A stretch of 64,000 nt of DNA from Yuukianura sp. NJ FZ-2021 (taxonomy: Eukaryota). A program made the translations under genes and the position numbers. Shown in pieces: positions 52,185 through 64,000 of the stretch. Under the pieces are notes generated by a model that was not told the origin of the DNA, ran no database searches, and saw nothing but the letters and a program-made list of their open reading frames with translations. How positions within the stretch are numbered: the first letter of the stretch is position 1; every line of letters begins with the position of its first letter. The stretch lies in contig CM102290.1 in the NCBI GenBank assembly GCA_046563655.1, forward strand, positions 8,246,001-8,310,000, given 5' to 3'.

Positions 52185-52418
52185 CAGTCGAGTTTCCCTT
52201 TTATTCCATTTGCCAAATACAAAACAAATTGCAATTGGACTACACTGGGGTTAGAAAATTACATGAGTCTGAAGTCAAATTGTCATTGGCAATTCCCCAA
52301 TTTGCCATTTGGCGTTTCATTTTGCCAGTTCACCGCCAATGTACGGGTGCGAGTTTTGTACTTCTCAATTGTATTTTGTTTTGTATTTGGCAAATGGAAT
52401 AAAAGGGAAACTCGACTG
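52185..52418. mobile_element. 234-bp MITE, a non-autonomous Tc1/mariner-type element
   Basis: Has perfect 44-bp terminal inverted repeats (CAGTCGAGTTTCCCTTTTATTCCATTTGCCAAATACAAAACAAA), extending to ~53 bp with two mismatches. It is flanked by TA on both sides (52183-84, 52419-20) and encodes no transposase. Confidence 0.88.
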
Positions 52419-53918
52419 TATATTTAAAAGCATTGCTGCATAACGGAACGCCATGGACATCACATTTGGGGTTATGGCAATGGCATGGCACACGATGTAG
52501 TGTGCCAGCTAGAATTAATTCGTTCAGTTTAGTCAGAAAATTAAATTATGCAGATCTAGCTATGCTATAGCCGATGAAGTAAACCACGCAAGCAAGTACC
52601 AATAGACAATATAAATAACACTTAACTTGGCATTTCAAATTCCACAATTCAAAGATATGTCGAAAATGGTCAAACACTTTTCATAAATGTACTCATCTCA
52701 GAATGGAATTAAGCTTAGCACTGGAAAAAGAAAGTATACTAAAATTGACATTATTCATTTTACCGTATACAAATCTCTATGTACATGTAAGCATTCCGGA
52801 TTCCGATTGTTTAAATTAAGTAGTAGTCAATGTCGTGTCCCTATCCCACTGTATAATCTTCGATTAAAATTATACCTCCTCATGTTGTTGATCAATTAAT
52901 CAATGGGGATTGCGAAGGTAGGTGGACCGGAACCGGAAATGCTGTCGGTTGTACTTTTTGACAATATAATGAGAGCGGAATATACTACACAATATTGTGA
53001 TATCAACTAATTCTGAATAGCAATGTAAAACTTATCAATCAGTTGCATACCTTTCTATGTTTTGATCAGCAACGACTTCAGCACCAAAATTTTTCGGTTT
53101 CGAATGAAAAGGTCAACGGGGTCAAAGACCAGATCCCGTGAAAATCACACTAGTACTGTAATTGTTTGATAAGAAAAACAAACAGTAATGAATAAGATGT
53201 TCATCTGGCCGCATGTTGTGGGGTGCGCCACACAGTTAGGTCATCACAACATTTAAGTAAATCTGATCTGTATAACTAAATACAATTGGTCATTGGCCTT
53301 TATAACCTCTGAAGTACTAATAATAATAGTATAAACTTTAACTCCGTTTTTTCTATATATTATATAGATATATAATTCCTTATTACCGTTTTAGCACAAC
53401 ATCCATCAATGTGGTTACTTTCTCAGAACATTCAACCACGGTGGGCAATCAGACATAACAAATATCGAATATCAACTTCATAGTCGTAAGAAACGTGTGT
53501 GGTCGATAATTTAATTCCATCAAAAATTTTAGCGAATGATTTAATTTATTTGACGTAAAATGTTGTTGGTACAGCAGTATAATGCAAATGACAATTCCCA
53601 ACAATACTTGGACTGGCATCACGTGGTGGGGTTGAGCATGTTCAACTGTCAATCATCTCACGAAGAGGCGTGTGAGTTTAAGGTTTTATCAATTTCATTT
53701 CAAAATCACATCTCCACTTATTAAAATGATTCCAGGCAAGCCAACAACCAGCGAACAATCTGTGGTCCACTTTCCGAACCGAAAGGGAAATCGTCGAAGT
53801 CGCCAAACAGTGGCTACTTACATTGCATTGCAACGATTGGTGAATTTTTTTTAAATACAAAGCTCAACTACAAACTGATTTGTTTCGAGTTGTAAAAAAA
53901 ACTTTTACTTTTTCTCAG

Positions 53919-55013
53919 GGCTGTCTCATAATCTTAAAAGCTGGTGCGTGTGGGGAAAGTCAAGGAATGGTTTTTGAGTTTCGGCAGTTTAAAATTCAGA
54001 ACCGAAAGACTTCCATCGAGATTAACTATTTCGGTAAGAACATTTAGGAGCGAAGGCTAAACCGGTTATGCATTAAGATTTGCGCATTTTTTTTATGAAA
54101 ACTTAAAACATACCTTCAGATTCCTCAACCTCGTTTTTTTTTTCGAAAGTGTCGAACAAAACCTAAAACTTTGATTGTCTTTTTCCAGGAGAATTGCGTA
54201 TGGAAATGGTACCCACGTCAACATTAGTATTACGGTAGAGTCAAATAATAAGGCAATGCTTTCTGTCGCGCTGGACCGTAGTGATATGGAATACTACGCT
54301 TGCGACGCCGGTTGCTTGGACACACCGGCACAGCTGGGTCCAGCCTCCAGCGAAGAAGCAATTTCCGGTTAAGCTTACGGATCCTGTCACTTCCATTTTA
54401 TACATCACTTCAGACCATAGTCACATTGAAGAACTCCGTTTGTCCATTCATGTCAAGGAAGTTCAAGAAGGTAGATGTGGATTAATAAGAAGGTGCACTT
54501 TGTAAAATAAGTTTTGTAAAATAAACTGATTTTGAAATATGTTTTTAGCTCCTGCTCATGAACACCACGTCCTTTCTTCAAGCATGGCAGTGGCTATGAA
54601 ACAATATGTCAACGATGTTCTGGATCTCAATTGCTCTTGTGATAATCCTATTTCATCTTTTTCTCTTTCACTTGATGTACTAAAAAATGTACTAACAAAA
54701 CACAGAGTACTTTGGGTCACAGGAAAAATTTCGTACTCGGTAGCTCTAGCTTTCTAGATACAAACCAAAGTGTAACTTATAAAATAATTAATTTCTTGTG
54801 TTGTTATGTTTCTGAATAGGTTTAGTCAACAGTCACTTTTGAGTACTTGATAAAAGGCAATGGAATTATGGCGACTGAAAATGGATTTGGATTTTGTGTC
54901 TCATTAACACACTCGTTTGGAATTAAAGTCAGTCTCGCATTCATGCAGAATATTGCCAAGGAATTGGTGCCCGCTTCATATGGAAAAGGAATTGAAAAGT
55001 TCAGTGTCACATA
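53919..55013 (+). pseudogene. Unidentified spliced coding-like segments with a frameshift (pseudogene or assembly error)
   Basis: Exon-like blocks are bounded by AG/GT (approx. 53919-54033, 54189-54470, 54549-~54740, 54826-55013). Within 54189-54470 the protein-like reading switches frame, from [39 protein letters not shown] to [31 protein letters not shown] do not recognise the family. Confidence 0.35.
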
Positions 55014-58000
55014 AACCTGGGAAGTGATTTAGGACAGGTCAAGCTGGCATGTCAACACAACTTTTTTTTTGCTGGAAAAGGAAACAAGAAGCAGACGGGA
55101 ATGGATTTCATTAGTCTGTTTCTCCGCTGCAAGTCGAGATTTAGTACTTTTCCTGAGCTCATCTGCCCCATGACTTTCTCCGGTCCTTTCTCCATGAGAA
55201 ATTCCATCCAATAAAGTGGACTGGAATTGAGATTGAGTGCTCTAATAAGGTGAATCTCTCCCTCTTCGTTTTCAACTTGAGCAGAAGTTTGTTTTGGAAA
55301 ATTTTAATTCCATGAGACAATGAGACAGGATGCCCAAAGTACTGGAGCTCAAAGTTTAGGATGAGGCTCATCTCTGGGTCAAATTAAAAGTATGGCAGGA
55401 CGTTCGAGGGAATCATAATTGCTTTGGCGCTGGTTCGTTTGAATGGTTTTTAGTTGCCTCCAGCGTTCCTATGAGCCTGGAACAATTTGTTTACGGGAGC
55501 GATGGAGAAAGTTTAACGACTAAAATATCCAAACAGTCTCTCCATCCAGTGCTTTCCCTCCATCTTGGAAGGAGGTGTTGTCCATAAGGATAAGAGACGC
55601 TCCTTCCTTGGTTGAATTAAGCGCTTATTGGAGTCAGGGGAATCTTTAGGAGAGGTTCATTTCCTTTCTCTCTAATGGTGGCCCTTGAGTCCCTTAACTT
55701 TCTTCATTCCACTGGATTTCGGAACGAGTGATTATAAACTTGGAGCTTCAGTCCATTCCCAAGGTGTCAATTATGGTCACATTGTTGGATTTGTTACCGA
55801 AGCATCTTATGAATTTCCTGCTCTGACTCTTTCGGCTAAGTTGACATTTCAGTAAGTTTTCTATCCAAACAATTGTAAACTTTGAATGTCATTATAAATT
55901 TGTTGTAAACTGTTTTTGTAGATATATTTGAAGCTACTTCTCTGCCAGGATTAAAATTTTCATGCGCGTGTATAAGTTGAAAACACGTGAGATGCGATTT
56001 CAGGCAAAACAACGTTAAAAGTTAAAATTTCCGGAGTTTGAGAATTGAACAAAAGAGAGGCGTCGTGTCTGTATATCCGGCGCTTATTATTTTTGATCCA
56101 AACTCTCCGAAAAGTTCCACTGGAATAGAATCCGGGAATCCTTCATTAGCAGTTTTAGATGTTGGTGTCAGTTGGAAAACAAAGCGAGAACGATACCGAA
56201 ATATCCTTTGGACCTGAGGCAAGTCAGTGCAAAAGCTTCTTACATCTCTTTGGACACCCACTAATTTGGAACGGAATCAATTACTCCTTTTCCTTCTGAA
56301 ATATAACACCGTTATGTAAAAGGCAGCACAGGCAACGCACGGAGTTTGGTTTCAATTTAATGTCGCTGACGTCTACATCCGTTCAACGCAGTGAGACTGG
56401 AACGTCAACTGAAAAAGAAAGCAACGCAAGCCTCAGGAATTAATTGAAACTTTGACATTCTACTGTTTCCAATTTTAATAACAAATGTATCAAATCGCTC
56501 TCCATTTTTTCCCCATTTTTGTCAACTTTGATATTATTTTAGGATTTTCACAAATTGACTGTGGGCGTAGTATCGCAAATTAAAAAAAAGTTGAGACCAA
56601 TACTACGGAAAAAATAAAACTTTCTGGTAAGAAAAGTCAAAAATATTGTGAATGCCACACGCGCTGACGCCTCCGATCTTCAAAAAAAACGTTGCTGCTT
56701 TTATTTGATTTGTTTTGATCCGAAAACGTAGCTTTCACCAAAAACAGCCTTTGAAGAAACACTGGTTCAAAATAGTCGTAGTGACGGAGAAAGGCGATTA
56801 AGCAACCACACAAAGCTCACTTGCTGTGCTTCCATGTTTCTGAAAAGTTTCAAAGGCCCTAAAATAGAGCCCTTTAGTTTCCTATTTGTGTATCCAAAAT
56901 ATCGTTTCCATCTTTTTGGAACAAGAAGTGTCGTGCAGGAAGGACCTGTTTTGACACCCCGGTGGGAGCAAGATGGAAAGAAAGTTTTTAGAAAAGTTTC
57001 TCTTTAGACGCCCAGAGGGACTTAATTCTGGCGAGTTTATGGCGCAGTTCTTATAAGGAAATTAAAATATGCTTGTACTCAGTCGACATTTTTGAAAGAT
57101 TTTTTTTTGAATTGCATGAACCGGTAACTCGAGGAGTCGAGTGGGGGTGGATGGAGGTTGGCTGACTACGAGAAAGCAAATGGCGAAGCAAGTTGTCCTC
57201 TGCTGAAGCTTTTGATGATGGTAAGAGGGATGAGGGAACGGGGATGAAGAAAATTGGACGTTGAGGATCATGGTTGAGGTGGTCATTGACTCTTGGCCAA
57301 GATGCAATGACTTATCGTTCACTTAAAACATTCTCCCGTATCCAATCTTCATCTTCAGCCGAAAGTAAAAACCATTTTTTACAAAACGCAGCACCAGCAC
57401 ATCCCACAATCATGGCCATAACCAATTCTGTTTTATAGAATTCTTTAAGACTTGAAATCTTTTGGCTAAATTCAAATGGTGAACGACTGGGCAACTGATT
57501 GACACTGAAGGATCCAACAGAACATTCAAAATTGTTTAATTGACCATTCAACGGCGCTGACCATGTTTGGCACCAAGTTGCTAGGAAACCGACCGCCATG
57601 AAGCCTGGACACCAATTCTTCGGCCATTACAAGTTTCTGATGAATTCATTTTGAGATCCGACTGTTGATTTGGTAGGATAATGTCATCTCTTAACTGGCT
57701 AAAATTTTGTAAAACAGGTTGAAAAAATAATTGGGCTTGAGTCAAAGGGGGTCAATGCTGGTTCTCATTAAAAGTCAACGAGTTCCCCTGGAGAGCTCAT
57801 CTTGGAGATCTCTTAAGAGTATTCTCTGGATTCTTCCTGGAAGGATGTCAATCCAGACCATAATCCTTTTGATGTTTAGAAAAGGCTCATCGCTCTAATG
57901 ATTCTTCTCCTTCCAGCAGGTATTACTACTATTCTAACATATAAGGTTCACAAGGTATCGTATTCTTAGCTTTCAAAAGGATCCCCTACGCCAATTTCAC

Positions 58001-58879
58001 CGAAAACCGGAGAGTTAGACAACCAACGTTCTCGGAATTCTGTTGCCTGCCTGCAAGCCTTTTACTTTAGTCCGTTTTCAGTTCAATGGAAGTGATACTT
58101 TATATAAAATTCATCAAGTCAATTTTTTTTTGTAAATGTCAACTCAAATTGGATGCAAAATGGAAGAAAGGCGGGAAAAGGCAAATCGGATTTTTTATTT
58201 TGCAAATAAACAACCCTGTGGCTCAAGAAAACGACTTTTCGGAAAGTCTAACCCCTTTCCTCCGCCTCTGCTTTTCAGATTCTGTATTACTTTTTGCAAA
58301 GATAACTTTGCATGACATTGAAGAGGTGGTGGTTCGTATGTTGTTGTTGTGAGACACTATAGTGACGTTGTCGCCCTCATACAAATCCAATGTAAGAAAG
58401 AACAGTATGCTGGGACTTTGGAAGGAATGCCCAGAAGGCAATGGAACATTAACATCCAACGCTTTTTTTTCTTCATCTTGGACAAGGATCTCATCACACC
58501 GAAGTACGATGACTCTTCCTTATTTTATTCCTCCAAGAACAATTGCCACAATCTCGACTTAATATGGGGGATGCAGTTGAAGTAATAACATGATTCAAAC
58601 CTTGTGCTAACTACCTTAGCATTTAGTTTTACTTTTATTCTGTACTCTCCAGAAGATGAAGAAAGAGAATTTCATATTCATGGATGAAGAATGAATTGAA
58701 GCATAGGAAACGCAGCGATCATCTTCTTCTTCAGGTGTAACAATCATGAGATGAAGTTTCGTTTTAAATCTTTCTTTGTTTTGGACTCGCAATTCAAAAT
58801 TCACTCGTGGAGATCATCACAATAAGAAGAGCCTAACTGAAGTTCAAGGTGAGCAGTGTTCACGGCCTTCCAAACTGCG

Positions 58880-58892
58880 AGGTCAATGACCT
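58880..58892. promoter_or_regulatory. Perfect IR1 nuclear-receptor element AGGTCA-A-TGACCT (EcR/USP consensus)
   Basis: Exact palindromic IR1, extended by flanking G/C, about 800 bp upstream of the ATG at 59698. Function is untested. Confidence 0.45.
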
Positions 58893-59697
58893 CTTGCAAA
58901 AAACCTCAACAGGCCTCAATTTTGCGCGTTGACTCAACCACACGAGTAGAATCTGAAACTTGTGCCAATTGACTAACCAAAAATAAATAACGTTTTGCAT
59001 TTAAAATAGGTTGTGTCAAAATCCATGACAAACGTTATTGAGGCCTTAAGATTTTAAATTGAATTTCTACATACTAACTAGATAAAACTTTAAGTTGGGT
59101 TCAAAATACCAAAAATCTAACGTAAGTCCAAATTCGGTTTGAATAATTTTGAAATTACGCTGTACGCATAAGCCGTTCTTATCTTAATCTAGATCGAAAA
59201 ATAATTCTATGGGAATTGTACATCTTTTTAAAAATTACTCTTTTTTTACTCCGTTACTTTTTTTAAAAATGGACTTAATTGAATTGAATCACTGGTAAAT
59301 TGTGTTCTGATGCTGTTTGTGGCTGGGCATGGGCCTTTGGGGTAGTTGAGTGCCATTTGACGAGATTGGAGGGAGAGAATAAGCGAGCAGGAGCAGAGAT
59401 GGTTCTTTCTCACCTCGGCTTTCCGTTTTTGCAAGGAAAGTGCCTTCCAGGACGGTGGATCTCCTCAGTTCTCAATTGTTTTCCGGCGGAGAAGGACCAC
59501 AAGACACAGCCACCGAACTATGACGGGCTAAAGGTCCTCAAACCAAGTTCTTCTGTCCAGCTCAGATTCCCGCCATCGTCCGAAAAAAAAAACAAAAGTG
59601 TGAACGGAAGAACAAATTGAGTGATTGGACGAAAAGAGACGCCAAGTTGTGGTCCGAAGAGGCCGAAGACTCTGCTGCCGGACTCTGAGTCTCTACA

Positions 59698-60096
59698 ATG
59701 GCTGCCGGTCCAGCAGACGCTTTCTGTGGATTTAGTTGTTATGATCGAAAGTTGATTTCGGCAGCGGACAATTTATGGGCTTCAAATGTCGTGGCGACGG
59801 CGTCAACTGGTGCTTCCTGGGTAGATGATGTAGACGTTGGGATTTCAGCTCAGCATCATCATACTGTCCAAAATTCTCAACAGCATCAGCACAATCAGCC
59901 ACCACCTCCACCGTACCATCATATCCTACCACATCATCAACAAAATGGAGGAAACGTCGGCGTTCAAACTTTAGCAATTCAATCTCAAGCGTCTGAATCA
60001 GACTCTCTGGAAAAACGGATTCAGGAATTGAGGAGACAGTTTCATCGTGGACGTCAATTGCAAGTTAAGCATCTTCCTCGAGAATGCACCGAAGAG
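59698..60096 (+). CDS. First coding exon of an RRM RNA-binding protein resembling Raver (PTB-binding); the gene continues beyond the recognised exon
   Basis: A Q/H/P-rich N-terminus is followed by LEKRIQELRRQFHRGRQLQVKHLPRECTEE and the donor GTAAGA. This resembles the helix plus RNP2 start of Raver RRM1. No further exons were identified in the window. Confidence 0.65.
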
Positions 60097-63000
60097 GTAA
60101 GAATAACCTCCATTCCCTAACATAACAAACGAGTGTTCTTACATTTTTGAAAGTTTAAAAAGAAACTATGTAGAAAATGGCATTTCCTGGTTACAAATTC
60201 TGAGAATATGGCATCATAGTATGGCTATTATTCCTAAATTATGGCCTCTGTTGGTATTCTCAATTGACTCAGAAGGTTACGCAGGGCAACGTTTAACAGT
60301 AATGCTTGGATCCGAGAGAAGCGATCCACGGAGACTAAGATAATCTTTTGGTAAATCGTTCTGACATTAAGGGGAAATAATAATATTGAGCTGTGCGCTG
60401 AATGCTGAATCGCTTCAATTTGAAAGCGGCTCTTTGACTATGTAGTGACACTGACACTTGGCAAATTTATGTCGTTGGAGTTCCTTTTACTCGTCAGCAT
60501 TTTCCTATGAATCCAACACTTTTTTCCAGTTGAATGTTTATACTTGAATTTTATTTATGATCACCACTTGGATCTTCAGTAGGTTCACTCTGAATCTTCC
60601 CACATGCCTAATTCATGACCTTTAACAACTAAATGTAAACAAATTGAAGTGATTGTCATTTTTCAAATGAATTACTGTTTACAACTATAACACAGTTCCA
60701 GCTCCTTCATTTTTTAACAAGTCCAGGCCAACATGAGGTCACATTTTGTTTAGATTGGGACTTTTTCGAAATATCGTAGAACAATGAAATCTTTTGTTCA
60801 GCATTTATGTTTAAAAATGAAATAGAAAAGAAAGAAGATACGCACTTCATTACTTTTAGTATTAGTAATCCAAGTTTACATTTGTTTGATGTTTTTTGAG
60901 GACACAAATTTTTACTGTTTAGGTTGTTTAACTTTTTAACAAAAGTGATTTTTGATTCTTTTTCAAATACCAATAGTTGGTTTGTTTTATTGTTAAAACA
61001 ATTTCAATTAATTTGATAATTTTGAGCAACGGTTCATTTGGCATTAACGAAGACATTAGGAAAAGTTATAATTTGGAAGTATTTAGCATCGTTTCAAATG
61101 TTCACAAATCAATTGAAACGACTTCCGCACAATGAGTGACAAGGAACGAAGACTTAAATAAGACATAAATCTTGGCTGAGTTTTCCACAGCCATTGTTTT
61201 GGTGTAGATGGTTTTTGCAGAAAGGTGAATGACCTTAGGATTTTGAAGGCAGGCGGTCAGTCGTTAGTTCTCAAGCACCCAGATTTGGATCAGTGCACGT
61301 TTGAATTTAAATTGAGAATGGGAACGGTCACGGGTACAATTTACAAAGTACAGTTTCCAGCAAATAGCTTTATTTAAATAATAATAATGGTAGTTACAAT
61401 GCTACTTTGCACTTGAGGCACCCTGCGTGTAACCACCTCCAACAGATCTTTAACTGCCTCTTCTGCCAACTGTAGCAATGAGCGTTATTAGCAATGAACC
61501 GTTGTTCGTGTTCCTACGCAACGCCATTCCTTCAGAGATCCCGCTACAATATTGTCGGAAGACTAAGAAAATGGCATCTCCTGCGGCCCCATTGTCTCCC
61601 CTTGGTCTTGATCTCAGGACTTTACAGTTTCCTTTTTTCTGTAAATATTAACATCTTAACTGTGTTCCAAATTGCACTTTATGAGTAAATGCACCAACTA
61701 AAGCAAATTGTTTGCTTTTCAACTGAAAAAACGAGTGTGCGCAGGTACATTCCTGTCTTTTGTGTCAAGTACTTAAGAAAAGATGCGTTATTTGCACTTT
61801 TTTCAGTCTGTCCCAACATTTGCATTGGGGTGAAAAGTAGGATACGACGGCTAACTGTCACATTTCAAGTTGACGTTAAACTGTTGATGATGGTTGTAGT
61901 GCCGTGTCCCGTAAGCTAGCATGCGTAGAGCGGCTTACGCTTCACATGTACTTAAAACCCATAAATTGTTTGACATTGTGCAGAAACTAGTCTAAACTTG
62001 GTGGTCGAACACATCATAAGTTATGGATGGGACGCAGATGGAATCTCGCAGGGAAAGCGGGTTCCACATTGTTTTCTTTCCAAGTCAAACCTTGATTTCC
62101 GACCGTTCTTCCCTTCGTTTTCTCCAATTTTTCAGTAATTTTATGATGACGCTACTTACGTCACCTTTCAAACATCAGTCAACACTAACAATTACGCCAA
62201 ACATCAAAAATCGGCACAATTTGTTTTGTTTCTTCATGTTGAGAATATGGATTCCCTGTTTCCTTTGGAACATAAACTTCGGAATAGCTTTAGGTTGGCG
62301 AATGGAGTAGTGTTGGTTGGAGATCAACTGAAGACTGGTCTGGCCATTTTGGATCGGACAAAAACTGACAGTAGTTCTAGGGAAAGTGTACATTTTTCCA
62401 GTTGAGGAGCTGGGCAAGTACTAGGGTTTAAAGGAAACCATGTCAGTTGTCACAACGGGTAGCTTACAGCGTGTGTCTTTGATCTGTTTGGAGGGAGACA
62501 AGGCCTAACCTAACCAATCGAGTTGTGTCCTTTAATTAGTTGAACGTTTACATTTCAATGGGTTTTAGGACCTATGGTTTCGTCACACATCACAGATCAC
62601 ATGACTCTTGACTTTGAGAGCCACTCTACCAGAAGACAAAAGGAACTTTCTTTTGTTTCACCAAATACGAATCCGTTTGTCCTTTTCTCTTTTCTTTTTC
62701 AGTTGACTTTTGGCACCCAATTCCAATATTTTACTCTTGGATTAATCTGCATCTCTCCAACGAAGTCGATAGTCAGAAGATAGACTTTCAGTAGAACCCC
62801 AATGAGGGAAACACTTTGACGTGAATTTATCGCTCCTATTTTTCCTGTTCGTAGTAAACCTTCGCCAAAAACACTTCTTTTAAATCTCTACAAATCTGAA
62901 ACAAGCTTGATACAGACGAATTCTCAGGAAACTGAAATTCAGCTCAAACTGAACGAGAAAAAAATTGAGCTGGATGTGCCTCGAGTATTTGTTTGGATTC

Positions 63001-64000
63001 ACTTGTTTTTTCAGCTTTCACTTGGATTCTGAGTTTGCACAAAATTTCAAATTCGGAAAATAAATATTACGGCCGCTACGGGGTTTTCTCGGTTGGAAAC
63101 TTGTGACGTTTGATAACAACAAATTGGTTTTTCATAGTTCAAGTTTGACGGGATTTTAAATCCGTTTGAACATAATATCTCCCAATTTATATATAAAAAA
63201 AAATTTGATCTTGATTTCAGTTGACGATTGAACAAAAAAAAAAAGAAAGAAATGCTGGCTTTCTACTTTCTCCTATCCTCCATCTTTCATTTCATCTTTT
63301 CAGAATTTATTTTGGCTGTATTTTGTGTGTAAAAAATTCATACCCGTTTTTACTTTTCATGTCAGTCAAGTCAAGAAAACGGAATTTGATGATGGATGCA
63401 CGTAGCAGTGCATAGCTTTTTATGTCACCATTGTCCCAGCAAGCTCTACTCAAACCTGTCAACTTCAGTTGTCCCGTCGTCATACATATTTGAAGTCTCC
63501 TTATTCCTTTTCACTTGAAATTTTAAGATCCAGAAGGAATGCTAATTTCGATTTTACAATTGAAGTGAAACCATTTCAAGTGCTACCTACTTATAACAAA
63601 TATTGGTTTTCCACAAATTCGGATTTTAAAGCAAGTAAATCATAATCCGCGCTACAAAAAAGGCACCCAGTCTTCTCATATTTTTTGAAGTATTTTTTTT
63701 GTTGTGAAGCGAAGAAAGTACCAATATTTGGCAAGGAAATGCAATTTTCGTTTACATTCTGGCACTTTGAAGGCGGTGTGTTGTAGAGACTTCAGTGCTC
63801 AAGTCTACACTTTTTGACTTTACTCGGTTGATTGGTTTTGGACGGATTGTCTAATCAAAATCTCTCCGTCATTTTCCTAAAAGCCTTTCATCCGAATGAA
63901 GGGAACGGAGCAGGAGGTCTCCAAAGTAAATTGTTTTGTCATGCTACACTACTGAAAGCAGCTCAGGCACTTCCAGCCTCCGGTTTCAAAACTGAAAGAA

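Noticed and set aside
1..64000. Prokaryotic systems (CRISPR, operons, defence islands), tRNA/rRNA genes, and most remaining 60-120 aa ORF-track entries
   Set aside because: The sequence is spliceosomal-intron-containing eukaryotic DNA. I saw no repeat-spacer arrays or tRNA/rRNA signatures by eye, and the remaining ORFs are F/K/L-rich chance frames or antisense shadows.

Overview
This is AT-rich, intron-rich eukaryotic DNA from an arthropod. Gene content and short GT-AG introns suggest a pancrustacean or hexapod; the species cannot be determined. Spliced genes reconstructed by hand are: a Ly6/uPAR (quiver-type) GPI-anchored protein (+), imidazolonepropionase AMDHD1 (-), deubiquitinase OTUD5/DUBA (+), two tandem secreted DM4/DM12-like proteins (+), an M17 leucyl aminopeptidase (-), a frameshifted unidentified coding remnant (+), and the first exon of a Raver-like RRM protein (+). 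A 234-bp TA-flanked MITE is also present. The main result lies in the apparently empty 36-48 kb region and is below the ORF-track cutoff. It is a polycistronic tarsal-less/polished rice/mille-pattes-type locus on the minus strand. It encodes two 13-aa LDPTGLY micropeptides (MESVKTLDPTGLY, MDPPQKLDPTGLY), followed by a third, probably spliced ~78-aa ORF that I do not recognise. Candidate ecdysone-receptor elements lie in and upstream of this locus. All exon structures are predicted from splice signals and reading frame only, and no database searches were run.
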